The notes beneath the pieces are model-generated. The model was not told the DNA's origin. It worked only from the letters and a program-made list of their open reading frames with translations, and ran no database searches. A stretch of 64,000 nt of DNA from an uncultured Planctomycetaceae bacterium. Lineage in GTDB: Bacteria; Planctomycetota; Phycisphaerae; SM23-33. Position 1 is the first letter of the stretch; every line of letters starts with the position of its first letter. Positions 36,411 to 45,508 of this stretch are shown here, one piece after another. The stretch is from positions 34,121 through 98,120 of the forward strand of contig CAZHEH010000007.1 in assembly GCA_964531695.1 (NCBI GenBank), read 5' to 3'. A program made the position numbers and the translations under genes.

Positions 36411-37149
36411 GGTCGCCCTCCCGGTGGTCGTGGCGGACCATCCGCACGTCGGTCGCGTAGAGATCGCGCAGCACGTCGCCCGTAAGCTCCTCCGTCGGGT
36501 GCACTTCCGTCGTTCCCTTCACGCAGACGACGCGATCGATGGACTGCGAGACGAAGCCGATGTCGTGCGAGGTCATCAGGATGGTCATCCGCTCATTGAG
36601 CCGGGCGAGCAGCTCGTAGAGGCGTTGCTCGGCCGCGACATCCAAGCTCGAGGTCGGCTCGTCGAGGAAGAGCAGCTCCGGCTCGCCCGCGAGCGAGCGC
36701 GCGATGACGGCCCGCTGCCGCTGCCCGCCGGAGAGCGCCCCGAACGGCCGGTTGCGGAGCTGGTCCAGCTCAACCTCGCGAAGCGCGGCGCGGGCGGCGT
36801 CTCGGTCGGGGCGGCGGAACGGCCCGATCGGGCGGGTCTGCCCCAGCCGGCCCATGAGGACCACGTCGAGCACGCTGGCGGGGAAGTGCGAATCGACGGA
36901 GGTGTGCTGCGGCGTGTAGCCGATGCGCCCGCGGGCCTCCTCCGCCGGCATGCCGAGGATGCGGACCGTGCCCCGGTCCGGGCGGAGCAGCCCGAGGCAG
37001 ATCTTCAGCAGCGTGGTCTTGCCGCCGCCGTTGGGGCCGACCATGCTGACCATCTCGCCGCGCGCGATGGTGAAGCCGGCGTCTTCGAGCACCGGCCCGC
37101 CCTCGTAGGCAAACCACACCCCGGCGACCTCGACCGCGGGAGCGGGCAT
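36403..37149 (-). CDS. znuC: Metal ABC transporter ATP-binding protein, ZnuC family
   Basis: Walker A GPNGGGKTT, signature LSGGQRQR and Walker B LLFLDEP. Confidence 0.8.
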   Translation of the reverse strand: MPAPAVEVAGVWFAYEGGPVLEDAGFTIARGEMVSMVGPNGGGKTTLLKICLGLLRPDRGTVRILGMPAEEARGRIGYTPQHTSVDSHFPASVLDVVLMGRLGQTRPIGPFRRPDRDAARAALREVELDQLRNRPFGALSGGQRQRAVIARSLAGEPELLFLDEPTSSLDVAAEQRLYELLARLNERMTILMTSHDIGFVSQSIDRVVCVKGTTEVHPTEELTGDVLRDLYATDVRMVRHDHREGDHG

Positions 37150-38103
37150 CAGCCGCCTCCCCCCGACAGCGCGTCGCGGATCCGCCCCGCCAGTGTCCGC
37201 ATGTTCGCCAGGTAGTCGCGGGCGAGCGGGTCCATCGGCACGACGGCGACCGACACGTCCCGGCCGTCCGCGCGGTAGAGCCGCTCCATCTCGTCGGCGA
37301 GCGTGCGAGCGGATTCGTCCGAGAACTGCGGCTGGACGAAGATCACGCGGACGCCTTCTCCGACCGCGTTCTCGGCGATCCGGCCGATCCGCTTCTCGCT
37401 GGGCTGCTTGCCCTCGATCTCGACCGGCTCCTGCACGAGCCCGTAGTCCTCCGCCAGGTAGCCGTAGGCGGGGTGATAGACGTAGATCTTCTGCCCGGCC
37501 AGCGGCCCGAGCGTCTCCTCCAACTCGCGATCGAGCGCGTCGAGGTCCGCCTGGAACGCCTCGAGGTTCCGCCGGTACTCCTCGGCATGCTCCGGGTCGG
37601 CCGCGATGAAGGCCTCGGCCGTGTTCGCGGCGACCGTCTGGACCCGACGCGGCGAGAGCCAGATGTGCGGGTCCCGCGCGCCGTGCTCGTGCCCGTGGTC
37701 GTGGTCATGATCGGCGTCGCGGGGCTTCATCGAGCGCATCGCGACGCCCCGGCTCGTGTCGACGATCCGCGGCCGGTCGTCGGAAGTCTCGATCTTCGGC
37801 AGCAGGGCCTGCTCGAACGGCACGCCGATGCGGAGGTACAGCGCGGCGTGGTCCAGCTCGACCATCTGCTTCATCGGCGGGCTGTACGTCGCGGGCGAGT
37901 CGCCGGGCCCGAGCAGGGGGACCACCTTGAAGCGATCCCCCGCGATCCGCTCGGCGAAGTACGCCTGTGGCGGAATGCTGACGAACGCGACGCGCTCCTC
38001 GGCCGGTCCGTCCCCGCAGCCGTGCAGCCAGACGCCCGACAACACGGCCGCGAGCAGGCAGGCCCCGGCCAGCCCCGCACGGCGAAGCGGTGATCGCGTC
38101 ATG
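37149..38103 (-). CDS. znuA: Metal ABC transporter substrate-binding lipoprotein, ZnuA family with a His-rich loop
   Basis: Start MTRSPLRRAGLAGACLLAAVLSGVWLHGC (signal/lipobox). His-rich loop DHDHDHGHEHGARDPHIW, typical of ZnuA. Confidence 0.75.
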
Positions 38104-38407
38104 GGCTTGTCCTTTCGGGTTCGAGCGATTCCGGGTGGGCCTCGTCCGTCTCTTCCTGCTCGCAGACGAGGTGTACCTCGTGGCACTCGGGGCACTCGCG
38201 GGCGGTGTGATGGGCGGCGAACTGCTCCCAGTGCTCCCACTGCCGCGGGCTCAGCGTGCCCGTGCCGGCGCAGAGGGGGCAGCTCCGCCCGAGCGCGGCC
38301 AGCACGGCCGCCCGGATGAACTCCGAGCGGTTCGGCACGCCGCGCATGGCTTCGACGAGCGCCGGCTCGGCCTTGAACGTGATGATCTCGCTGTTCTTCC
38401 GGGCCAT
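38099..38407 (-). CDS. Ribbon-helix-helix (CopG/Arc/MetJ-like) DNA-binding protein with a C-terminal Cys/His zinc-ribbon; putative metal-responsive regulator of the znu operon
   Basis: MARKNSEIITFKAEPALVEAMRGVPNRSEFIRAAVLAAL is an RHH fold. It is followed by CPLCAGTG…H…H…CPECHEVHLVC. It is the first gene of the operon and overlaps the znuA start. Confidence 0.55.
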   Translation of the reverse strand: MARKNSEIITFKAEPALVEAMRGVPNRSEFIRAAVLAALGRSCPLCAGTGTLSPRQWEHWEQFAAHHTARECPECHEVHLVCEQEETDEAHPESLEPERTSP

Positions 38408-38569
38408 TGGCGTATGCCTCACGGAGTACGGGTAACACATCGTATTCCCTCCATCAAGCCGGTAGCAAGGGCGACGTGCGGGGGCACGGCAAATCGCGCG
38501 GGCGGCGTGGGGGCTTCTGGTATGATTCCCGCCCGGCCGGGAGAGACCGGCAGCTCGAGGAGAACAGCG

Positions 38570-39154
38570 ATGAGCGCGAAGAGCGAGCAGCACGAGGCGG
38601 ACCGAATGCCGTTGGTGCCGAAGGAGATCTTCTTCACCAAGGGCGTCGGCAAGCACAGGAACCGCTTGCAGAGCTTCGAGTTGGCCCTGCGGAAGGCCGG
38701 CGTGGAGCAGTGCAACCTGGTGAAGGTATCGAGCATTCTGCCGCCTCGTTGCGGGCTGATCTCGCGGGCGGCGGGGCTCAAGCGGCTCCGCCCGGGGCAG
38801 ATCACCTTCTGCGTGATGGCCGAGTGCTCGACCAACGAGCCGTCGCGGCTGGTGGGCGCGGGCATCGGCCTGGCCCGCCCGACGGACAAGGAGCAGTACG
38901 GCTACATCAGCGAGCATCACGGCTTCGGACTGCGACGGGAGAGGATCGAGGAACTCGTCGAGGACATGGCCGCGACGATGCTGGCCACGACGCTGGGCCT
39001 GGAGCTGGACCCGGAGGCGGCCTGGGACGAGCGGCGCGAGATCTACCGGATGTCGGGCAAGATCGTGAAGGGCCGCAGTTGCGTCCAGACGGCCGAGGGC
39101 GACAAGAACGGCCTTTGGACGACCGTCGTATCCGCGGCTATCATGCTGCTCTAG
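38570..39154 (+). CDS. pdaD: Pyruvoyl-dependent arginine decarboxylase
   Basis: LVPKEIFFTKGVGKH…LQSFELALRKAGVEQCNLVKVSSILPP matches the PdaD family. RBS GAGGAG. Confidence 0.75.
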   Translation: MSAKSEQHEADRMPLVPKEIFFTKGVGKHRNRLQSFELALRKAGVEQCNLVKVSSILPPRCGLISRAAGLKRLRPGQITFCVMAECSTNEPSRLVGAGIGLARPTDKEQYGYISEHHGFGLRRERIEELVEDMAATMLATTLGLELDPEAAWDERREIYRMSGKIVKGRSCVQTAEGDKNGLWTTVVSAAIMLL

Positions 39155-39185
39155 CCGACCTGTCCAACGGAAGGAGGCATCCGGC

Positions 39186-40298
39186 ATGGCTGACGGCAAG
39201 GCGCCCGACGAGCAGGCGAACGCTCCGGTCGGGGGCGAATCCAAGCGCGAGTTCCTCGACCGCGAGGTGCGCCCCGTCTCGCTCCGGCCGGGCATGAGCG
39301 TGGCGGACCTGGTCGACGGGCTCAAGGGCATGTCGATCCAGGCCCGGAACGTCGGCCGCTGCGCCGAGGTGCTCGACGGCGTCTACGGCGACCCGGACCG
39401 CCCGACGGTGTACCTCGGGCTGGCGGGCCCGCTTATCGCGGCCGGGCTGCGGAACGTCCTTCGCGAGCTGATCGTCGGCGGCTACGTCGACGTGGTCGTC
39501 TCGACCGGGGCGATCCTGTATCAGGACATCTACCAGGCCCGCGGCCACCGGCACTACCAGGGCAGGCCCGACGCCGACGACGTCCGCCTCCGCGAGCTGC
39601 ACATCGACCGCATCTACGACACGTACGTCGACGAGGACATGTTCTGGCAGACGGACCTCTGGTGCGGGCGGCAGGCGGACGAGCTGGCAGCGGGCAACTA
39701 CTCCAGCCGGGCCTTCCTGGACGTTCTCGGCTCGCGGCTGGACGACGAGGACTCGATCGTCCGCCAGTGCCACCGGCTGGGCGTGCCGATCTTCTGCCCG
39801 GCGCTGAACGACTCCTCGCTCGGCATCGGCCTGACGGATCACTACCACCGCTGCCGCGCGGAGGGGCGCAAGGGCATCGCCATCGACTCCATCCGCGACA
39901 ACTACGAACTGGTGCAGACCGTCATCCGCAGCCCGAAGACGGCCGCCATCTACATCGCCGGCGGCGTGCCGAAGAACTACATCAACGACTCGATCGTCAT
40001 GGCGTACATCTTCAACGAGGAGCGTGGCCACGACTACGCCATCCAGCTCACCACGGCCGTGACGCATGACGGCGGGCTGTCCGGCTCGACGCTCGGCGAG
40101 GCCCGGAGCTGGGGCAAGATCCGCGGCGACGCCCGCTTCGCCATGGCGTGGGTGGAGCCGAGCGTGTCGTTGCCGCTCGTGGCCGGCTACGTGTTCGACC
40201 GCTTCCCGGCGCCCTGCCGCCCGCGCCTGCGCTTCGACTGGGACGGCGACGAACTGCGCTCCCTGACGGCGGCGCGGACGAACGAGGCGACCCGATGA
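39186..40298 (+). CDS. Deoxyhypusine synthase-like protein (bacterial homospermidine-synthase-type)
   Basis: DHS-family core (…GLAGPLIAAGLR…VVSTGAILYQDI…IAGGVPKNY…). It is operonic with pdaD and speB. Confidence 0.7.
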   Translation: MADGKAPDEQANAPVGGESKREFLDREVRPVSLRPGMSVADLVDGLKGMSIQARNVGRCAEVLDGVYGDPDRPTVYLGLAGPLIAAGLRNVLRELIVGGYVDVVVSTGAILYQDIYQARGHRHYQGRPDADDVRLRELHIDRIYDTYVDEDMFWQTDLWCGRQADELAAGNYSSRAFLDVLGSRLDDEDSIVRQCHRLGVPIFCPALNDSSLGIGLTDHYHRCRAEGRKGIAIDSIRDNYELVQTVIRSPKTAAIYIAGGVPKNYINDSIVMAYIFNEERGHDYAIQLTTAVTHDGGLSGSTLGEARSWGKIRGDARFAMAWVEPSVSLPLVAGYVFDRFPAPCRPRLRFDWDGDELRSLTAARTNEATR

Positions 40299-41146
40299 GG
40301 CCGTTCCTGGGCGAGGAAGGTGCGTGCGCGGCCCCTTCGCGGGCTCGCTACGTTGTTCTGCCGGTCCCGTACGAGGGGACGGTCAGCTACCTGACGGGCA
40401 CGGCCGGCGCGCCTGAGGCGATCCTGGCGGCGTCGGAGCAGGTCGAGCTGTTCGACGAGGAGCTGCTGCGGGAGTGTCACCACGCCGGCATCGCCACGCT
40501 GCCGCCCGTGGCCCCGGCCGACGCGCCGGCCGAGCAGATGCAGCGGGTTCGCGCCGCGGCCGCGCCGTGGGTCGAAGCGGGCAAGTTCGTCCTCGCGCTG
40601 GGCGGCGAGCACAGCATCACGGCGCCGCTCGTGGCGGCTGTGGCGGAGGCCCGGTGCGGCGTGAGCGTGCTGCAAGTCGACGCCCACGCGGACCTGCGGG
40701 ACGAGTACGACGGCACGCGGCACTCGCACGCGTGCGTGATGCGGCGGGTGCTGGAGGTGACGGACCGCGTCTGCGAGGTCGGCGTGCGGAGCTTCAGCGC
40801 GGCCGAGTATGCCGAGTGCCGCGAGCGGATCGACGCCTGGGTCACGCCCGCCGACATCGACGACGGCGAGGCGTGGATCGGCCGTGTCGTCGAGCGGCTG
40901 GCGGACCCCGTCTACGTGACGATCGACCTGGACGGGCTGGATCCGTCGATCGCCCCCGGCGTCGGGACGCCGGAGCCGGGCGGGCTCACCTGGCGACAGG
41001 TGACGCGCCTGCTGCGGGCCGTCTGCCGCGAGCGAGAGGTCGTCGGGGCCGACATCGTCGAGGCCGTGCCGATGCCGCCGGCGACGTTGACGGAGTTCAC
41101 GGCCGCCCGGCTGGCGTACAAGATCGTCGCCTACACGCAGGAGTGA
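40295..41146 (+). CDS. speB: Agmatinase (ureohydrolase family)
   Basis: Arginase-family metal-binding motifs GGEHSIT, DAHADL and TIDLDGLDPS. ATGA overlap with the upstream gene. Confidence 0.8.
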   Translation: MRPFLGEEGACAAPSRARYVVLPVPYEGTVSYLTGTAGAPEAILAASEQVELFDEELLRECHHAGIATLPPVAPADAPAEQMQRVRAAAAPWVEAGKFVLALGGEHSITAPLVAAVAEARCGVSVLQVDAHADLRDEYDGTRHSHACVMRRVLEVTDRVCEVGVRSFSAAEYAECRERIDAWVTPADIDDGEAWIGRVVERLADPVYVTIDLDGLDPSIAPGVGTPEPGGLTWRQVTRLLRAVCREREVVGADIVEAVPMPPATLTEFTAARLAYKIVAYTQE

Positions 41147-41276
41147 ACGGCGAGGGGAGGAACCGGGGGCACGCGGCCCGCCCGAACGGCCGCCGAACGG
41201 CCGCCGGCGCGGCGTCGGGCCGGGGGGCTGCGTCACGGCGCCGCGATCGGAGCTTGCGCCGGCGTGGGTGCATAAG

Positions 41277-41305
41277 AAAACGCCGCCCGATATCGGACGG
41301 CGTTT
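41277..41305. terminator. Bidirectional Rho-independent terminator (AAAAC-GCCGCCCGAT/ATCGGACGGC-GTTTT) between the convergent speB and cspA
   Basis: A GC-rich imperfect palindrome flanked by an A-tract and a T-tract. Confidence 0.5.
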
Positions 41306-41330
41306 TGTGATGGCTGCCTGTACTTTGCAG

Positions 41331-41531
41331 CTAGGGCTTGGCGACGTTCGTCGCCCGCGGGCCCTTTTCGCCCTGGACGATCTCGAAGGACACCGTCTCG
41401 CCCTCTGCGAGCGTACGGAAGCCCTCCATCTGGATGTCGTTGTGATGCACGAAGACGTCGCCGCCCTCGTCGGACTCGATGAAACCGAAGCCCTTGGAGT
41501 CATTGAACCATTTCACTTTGCCTGTTGCCAT
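41331..41531 (-). CDS. cspA: Cold-shock protein, CspA family
   Basis: [33 protein letters not shown] motifs. RBS GGAG. Long 5' UTR. Confidence 0.85.
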   Translation of the reverse strand: MATGKVKWFNDSKGFGFIESDEGGDVFVHHNDIQMEGFRTLAEGETVSFEIVQGEKGPRATNVAKP

Positions 41532-42091
41532 ACCTACGGCTCCTTCAAACACTCAGCACGATGGGTTCCCCAGCGTCGTTCGTCCAAGCTGTGCTTTCCG
41601 TCACGGCGATGGATGTCCGTCTACCCCGGCACCTTGCCGGGACTACTGTTCAAGACCTGACCTAAAGCTGGAAACGATTCGGATGCAATCCCGATTCGTC
41701 GGTCCGGCGTGGAACCTCTCCACGCCCGTCACCGACCCACAACTCCAGGATACTACGGACGGCACCCGGGCAAGTCAACAAAAAATCTCGATTCTTGATC
41801 GCGGCCGTCCGGGGGCTGCCCCCACCTGCCCCGGACCGGGGCCGTGCGCCCCGGCCGGGCAGGGCACGCCGGATGCGCGGGGCCGCCGGGTTCGGGCCCA
41901 ACTCGACCGGGGAACGGGAGAGGGCGGGCGCCCCTTCCGGAGCGCGGGCGCCCTCCCGAGCCCCCCTGCCCCTCGGGCAAGCTGCCCGGCTCTTGGCCCG
42001 AACGGCTACCCGAGTCCGTGGGTATGCGTTACAATGCCGGCTTCCTGTCGCGCCGTCGGGCGCGGAAACGAGACCCGAAAGGGACGAACCG

Positions 42092-42922
42092 ATGTATGAG
42101 GTCATAAGCAACGAGGAGCTGGCCCCCAACGTGCGGCGGCTGGTGGTGCGGGCCGAGCGCGTCGCGGCGGCCCGCAAGCCCGGCCAGTTCGTGATCGTCC
42201 GGGCCGGCCAGGATTGCGAGCGGATCCCCCTGACGATCGCGGACGCCGACGCGGAAGAGGGCACGATCACCCTGATCGTGCAGGCAGTGGGCGAGAGTAC
42301 GACGGATATCGCGTCCGTGCCGCCCGGAGAGGGCCTGCGCGACGTGGCCGGGCCCCTCGGCAAGCCGACGGAGATCGAGAAGTTCGGCCGCGTGGCCTGC
42401 ATCGGCGGCGGCGTCGGCACGGCCGTGCTGTTCCCGCTGGCCAAGGCCCTGGCGGAAGCCGGCAACGACGTGACGGCCATCATCGGAGGGCGGGGCAAGC
42501 CGCAGGTGATCCTGCGGGACGAGCTGGCCGAGTTCTGCTCGGAAGTGCTTGTCACCACGGAGGACGGCTCGCTGGGCACGAAGGGCTTCGTCACGGCCGA
42601 GCTGGAGAAGCTGCTGGCGGATGAGGCCCGCCGACCGGACGCGGTCTACGCCGTCGGCCCGGTGCCGATGATGCGGGCCGTGACCGAGCGGACGCGCGAG
42701 CCGGGCATCAAGACGATCGTGAGCTTGAACCCGATCATGGTCGACGGCACGGGCATGTGCGGCGGCTGCCGGGTGACGGTCGGCGGCGCGGTGAAGTTCG
42801 CCTGCGTGGACGGCCCGGAGTTCGACGGACACGAGGTCGACTTCGTCGAATTGGCCACACGCCAGCGAACGTACGAGGAGGACTACTGCCGCCTGGAGAG
42901 CAAGCTCCGTACGATGGAATAG
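42092..42922 (+). CDS. Ferredoxin-NADP reductase-like / sulfide dehydrogenase beta-type subunit (NfnA/PyrK-like, FAD and [2Fe-2S])
   Basis: FAD/NAD-binding fold plus a C-terminal CGGC…C cluster motif (GMCGGCRVTVGG…C). It is paired with the downstream GltD-like gene. Confidence 0.65.
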   Translation: MYEVISNEELAPNVRRLVVRAERVAAARKPGQFVIVRAGQDCERIPLTIADADAEEGTITLIVQAVGESTTDIASVPPGEGLRDVAGPLGKPTEIEKFGRVACIGGGVGTAVLFPLAKALAEAGNDVTAIIGGRGKPQVILRDELAEFCSEVLVTTEDGSLGTKGFVTAELEKLLADEARRPDAVYAVGPVPMMRAVTERTREPGIKTIVSLNPIMVDGTGMCGGCRVTVGGAVKFACVDGPEFDGHEVDFVELATRQRTYEEDYCRLESKLRTME

Positions 42923-43025
42923 CAGAGCCCGCGGATTCCACGAATTCCACGAATCAGATAGACGAACTCAGAACCCTCCCCTTCGCGAAATCCATGCGAT
43001 TCGTGGCAATGTTGTCAGGTCAACC

Positions 43026-44450
43026 ATGAACACGACGAACGACAAACTGACGCCCAAAGAGCGGATGGCCATCGACCGGGTCGAGATGCCCGAGCAGCCG
43101 GCGGCCGAGCGGATCACGAACTTCTCGGAGGTCAACCGGGGCCTGGCCGAGGAAGCGGCCGTGCGCGAGGCCCAGCGATGCCTCCAGTGCCGCAACCGCC
43201 CGTGCGTGGCCGGCTGCCCGGTCGCCGTTCGCATCCCGGAGATGCTGGAGCGGGTCGCCGGGGGCGACTTCGCCGGTGCGGCCGAGATTCTCCAGGTCGA
43301 CAACGCCCTGCCCGCCACGACCGGGCGGGTCTGCCCGCAGGAGGAGCAGTGCGAGCAGCTCTGCGTCCGCGGCAAGAACGGCGAGCCGGTGGCGGTCGGC
43401 TGGCTGGAGCGGTTCGTCGCCGACTGGGCGACGGAACACGGCGAGCCGCCGCCGGCCCCGCCGGTGCTGACCGGCTTCAAGGTCGCGGTGGTCGGCGCCG
43501 GGCCGGGCGGCCTGACGGCCGCGGGCGAGCTGGCCCGCATGGGCCACTCCGTCACCATCTTCGAGGCCCTGCACGAGGCCGGCGGGGTGCTTCGCTACGG
43601 CATCCCCGAGTTCCGCCTGCCCAAGCGGATCATCGACAAGGAGGTCGCCAACCTCGAAGCGCTCGGCGTGCGGCTGGAGATGAACGTGGTGGTCGGCAAG
43701 ACCCTCACGCTCCGGCAGATTCGTGACGAGTTCGACGCCTGCTTCGTCGCCAACGGGGCCGGCCTGCCGCGGTTTCTCAACATCCCCGGCGAGAACCTCA
43801 AGGGCGTGTACTCGGCCAACGAGTACCTGACGCGCGTGAACCTGATGGGCGCGTACCGGGACGATTCCCGCACCCCGGTGGCCCGCGGCGCCACGGCCGT
43901 GGTGTTCGGCGGCGGCAACACGGCGATGGACTCGGTCCGTACGGCCCGGCGGATGGGCTCGGAGCGGGCGGTGATCGCCTACCGCCGCGCGCGGGAGCAG
44001 ATGCCGGCCCGCGCCGAGGAGATCAAGCACGCCGAGGAGGAAGGCATCGAGTTCATGTTCCTCGTCAGCCCTCTGGAGCTTCGCGGCGACGAGGACGGCT
44101 GGCTGCGGTCCGTGCGGCTCCAGCGGATGGAGCTGGGCGAGCCGGACGATTCCGGCCGGCGCCGGCCGGTACCGGTCGAGGGCAGCGAGTTCGAGTTGCC
44201 CGCCCAGATCGCCATCGTGGCCATCGGCACGCGCCCGAACCCGCTGCTGACGGCCGCCAGCCCGGAGCTGACCCTGAACAAGTGGGGCAACATCGAAACC
44301 GGCGAGAAGCACAGGACGTCCCTGCCGGACGTCTTCGCCGGCGGCGACATCGTCCGCGGCGGGGCGACGGTGATCCTCGCAATGGGCGACGGCAAGGAGG
44401 CGGCCGCGGCGATTGACAGATATCTCAAATCCAACCCGGCCGAGAAGTAA
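43026..44450 (+). CDS. NADPH-dependent glutamate synthase small-subunit-like oxidoreductase (NfnB/GltD/SudA family)
   Basis: Two N-terminal Cys clusters (CLQCRNRPCVAGCP, C…C…C) and two Rossmann motifs (VVGAGPGG, VFGGGNTAMD). Confidence 0.8.
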   Translation: MNTTNDKLTPKERMAIDRVEMPEQPAAERITNFSEVNRGLAEEAAVREAQRCLQCRNRPCVAGCPVAVRIPEMLERVAGGDFAGAAEILQVDNALPATTGRVCPQEEQCEQLCVRGKNGEPVAVGWLERFVADWATEHGEPPPAPPVLTGFKVAVVGAGPGGLTAAGELARMGHSVTIFEALHEAGGVLRYGIPEFRLPKRIIDKEVANLEALGVRLEMNVVVGKTLTLRQIRDEFDACFVANGAGLPRFLNIPGENLKGVYSANEYLTRVNLMGAYRDDSRTPVARGATAVVFGGGNTAMDSVRTARRMGSERAVIAYRRAREQMPARAEEIKHAEEEGIEFMFLVSPLELRGDEDGWLRSVRLQRMELGEPDDSGRRRPVPVEGSEFELPAQIAIVAIGTRPNPLLTAASPELTLNKWGNIETGEKHRTSLPDVFAGGDIVRGGATVILAMGDGKEAAAAIDRYLKSNPAEK

Positions 44451-44635
44451 CGGCATCGGGCCGGGCCAGCCGCGCACGGCGCCGTCGTTACAACGGCGTA
44501 TTTTTCTCGGATTTGTACGAAATGGGCAAGCCGGGCTGACGTTATAGAGGTAGCATTGTCATGGCGGGTCAAGTCCGCACATGGGTCGGATGGCGTGCCG
44601 CTGTGGGCGGCCGCGACATGTTAAGGAGAAGAACC

Positions 44636-45412
44636 ATGCGACGTGGAACGGTACTGGTGGTGACGCTGGCATTGATGGCGGGTGTGGTGCTTTCGGTCCT
44701 TCCGGCACGAGCCGAGGGCGACGAGAGCGAACTGAAGAAGAAGCTCGACGCGCTCAAGGCCTTGGACACCGAGGAGTTCTCCCGCGAGAACAACGCCGGC
44801 GACCTGGTGCGCGGCTTCGTCACCGGCTCCGTGGCCGAGGGCGACGGGTACGTGGCGTACGTGTACCTGCATTGGGGCGACCTGGACGACAAGATCGACA
44901 CGATCGACCCGGAGCACTACAGCAACTGGGACGGCTACGTCGAGGTTTCCGGCGGCATGGCCTCCGTCGAGGCGGAGATCGTCTTCGACGACGGCAGCGC
45001 GGGCGTCGGCTCCGAGCCGCCGCCGAGCAAGGAAGAGATCCTCGCCAGGTTCGTGGACCGCATGGAGGACAGAATCGCGCGGATCACCGCCCGGATCGAG
45101 GAGAAGGTCGACGACCCGGACAGACGCGAGGAGCTGATCGCCAAGGCAGAGGCCCGTGGCGAGAAGGCCATCGCGGATTTCACCGAGCGGCTCGAGGCCC
45201 GCCCGGAGCCGGGCCCCCGCGAGGGCTCCGGCCGTGACCTGCTGCTGCCGAGCGACGATGAATCGGTCGTCTCATGGGAAGCCGGCGTGATCGGCGCCAC
45301 GGACGGGCTGCTGATCAAGCTGGAGCTCGACAGCCCCGAGGCCACCGGCGAGATCCAGGCGGGCGTGTTCACCATCCCCTTCATGGTCGCGCCGGTCGAG
45401 ACCGAAGAGTAA
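44636..45412 (+). CDS. Secreted acidic hypothetical protein
   Basis: RBS AAGGAG. Signal peptide MRRGTVLVVTLALMAGVVLSVLPARA. Confidence 0.5.
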   Translation: MRRGTVLVVTLALMAGVVLSVLPARAEGDESELKKKLDALKALDTEEFSRENNAGDLVRGFVTGSVAEGDGYVAYVYLHWGDLDDKIDTIDPEHYSNWDGYVEVSGGMASVEAEIVFDDGSAGVGSEPPPSKEEILARFVDRMEDRIARITARIEEKVDDPDRREELIAKAEARGEKAIADFTERLEARPEPGPREGSGRDLLLPSDDESVVSWEAGVIGATDGLLIKLELDSPEATGEIQAGVFTIPFMVAPVETEE

Positions 45413-45508
45413 GCACGAGTCGGTACAGGCAAGCCGGGCCGCGGCGTTCGCGAATACGAGCGTCTCGGCCCGGCGTCTTCTTCTCCCGGCGGGCCGGCCC
45501 GCGGGTCT

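Noticed and set aside
1517-42107. Possible 1-nt inconsistencies between my manual indexing of printed sequence lines and ORF-track coordinates at a few loci (e.g. the stop of the 1517..2923 ORF, the start near 42092)
   Set aside because: These are most likely my counting error. ORF-track arithmetic was used for all reported coordinates. No frameshift was claimed.
43020-44477. 485-aa minus-strand ORF
   Set aside because: It is antisense to the well-supported GltD/NfnB-like gene, which has Rossmann and Fe-S motifs.
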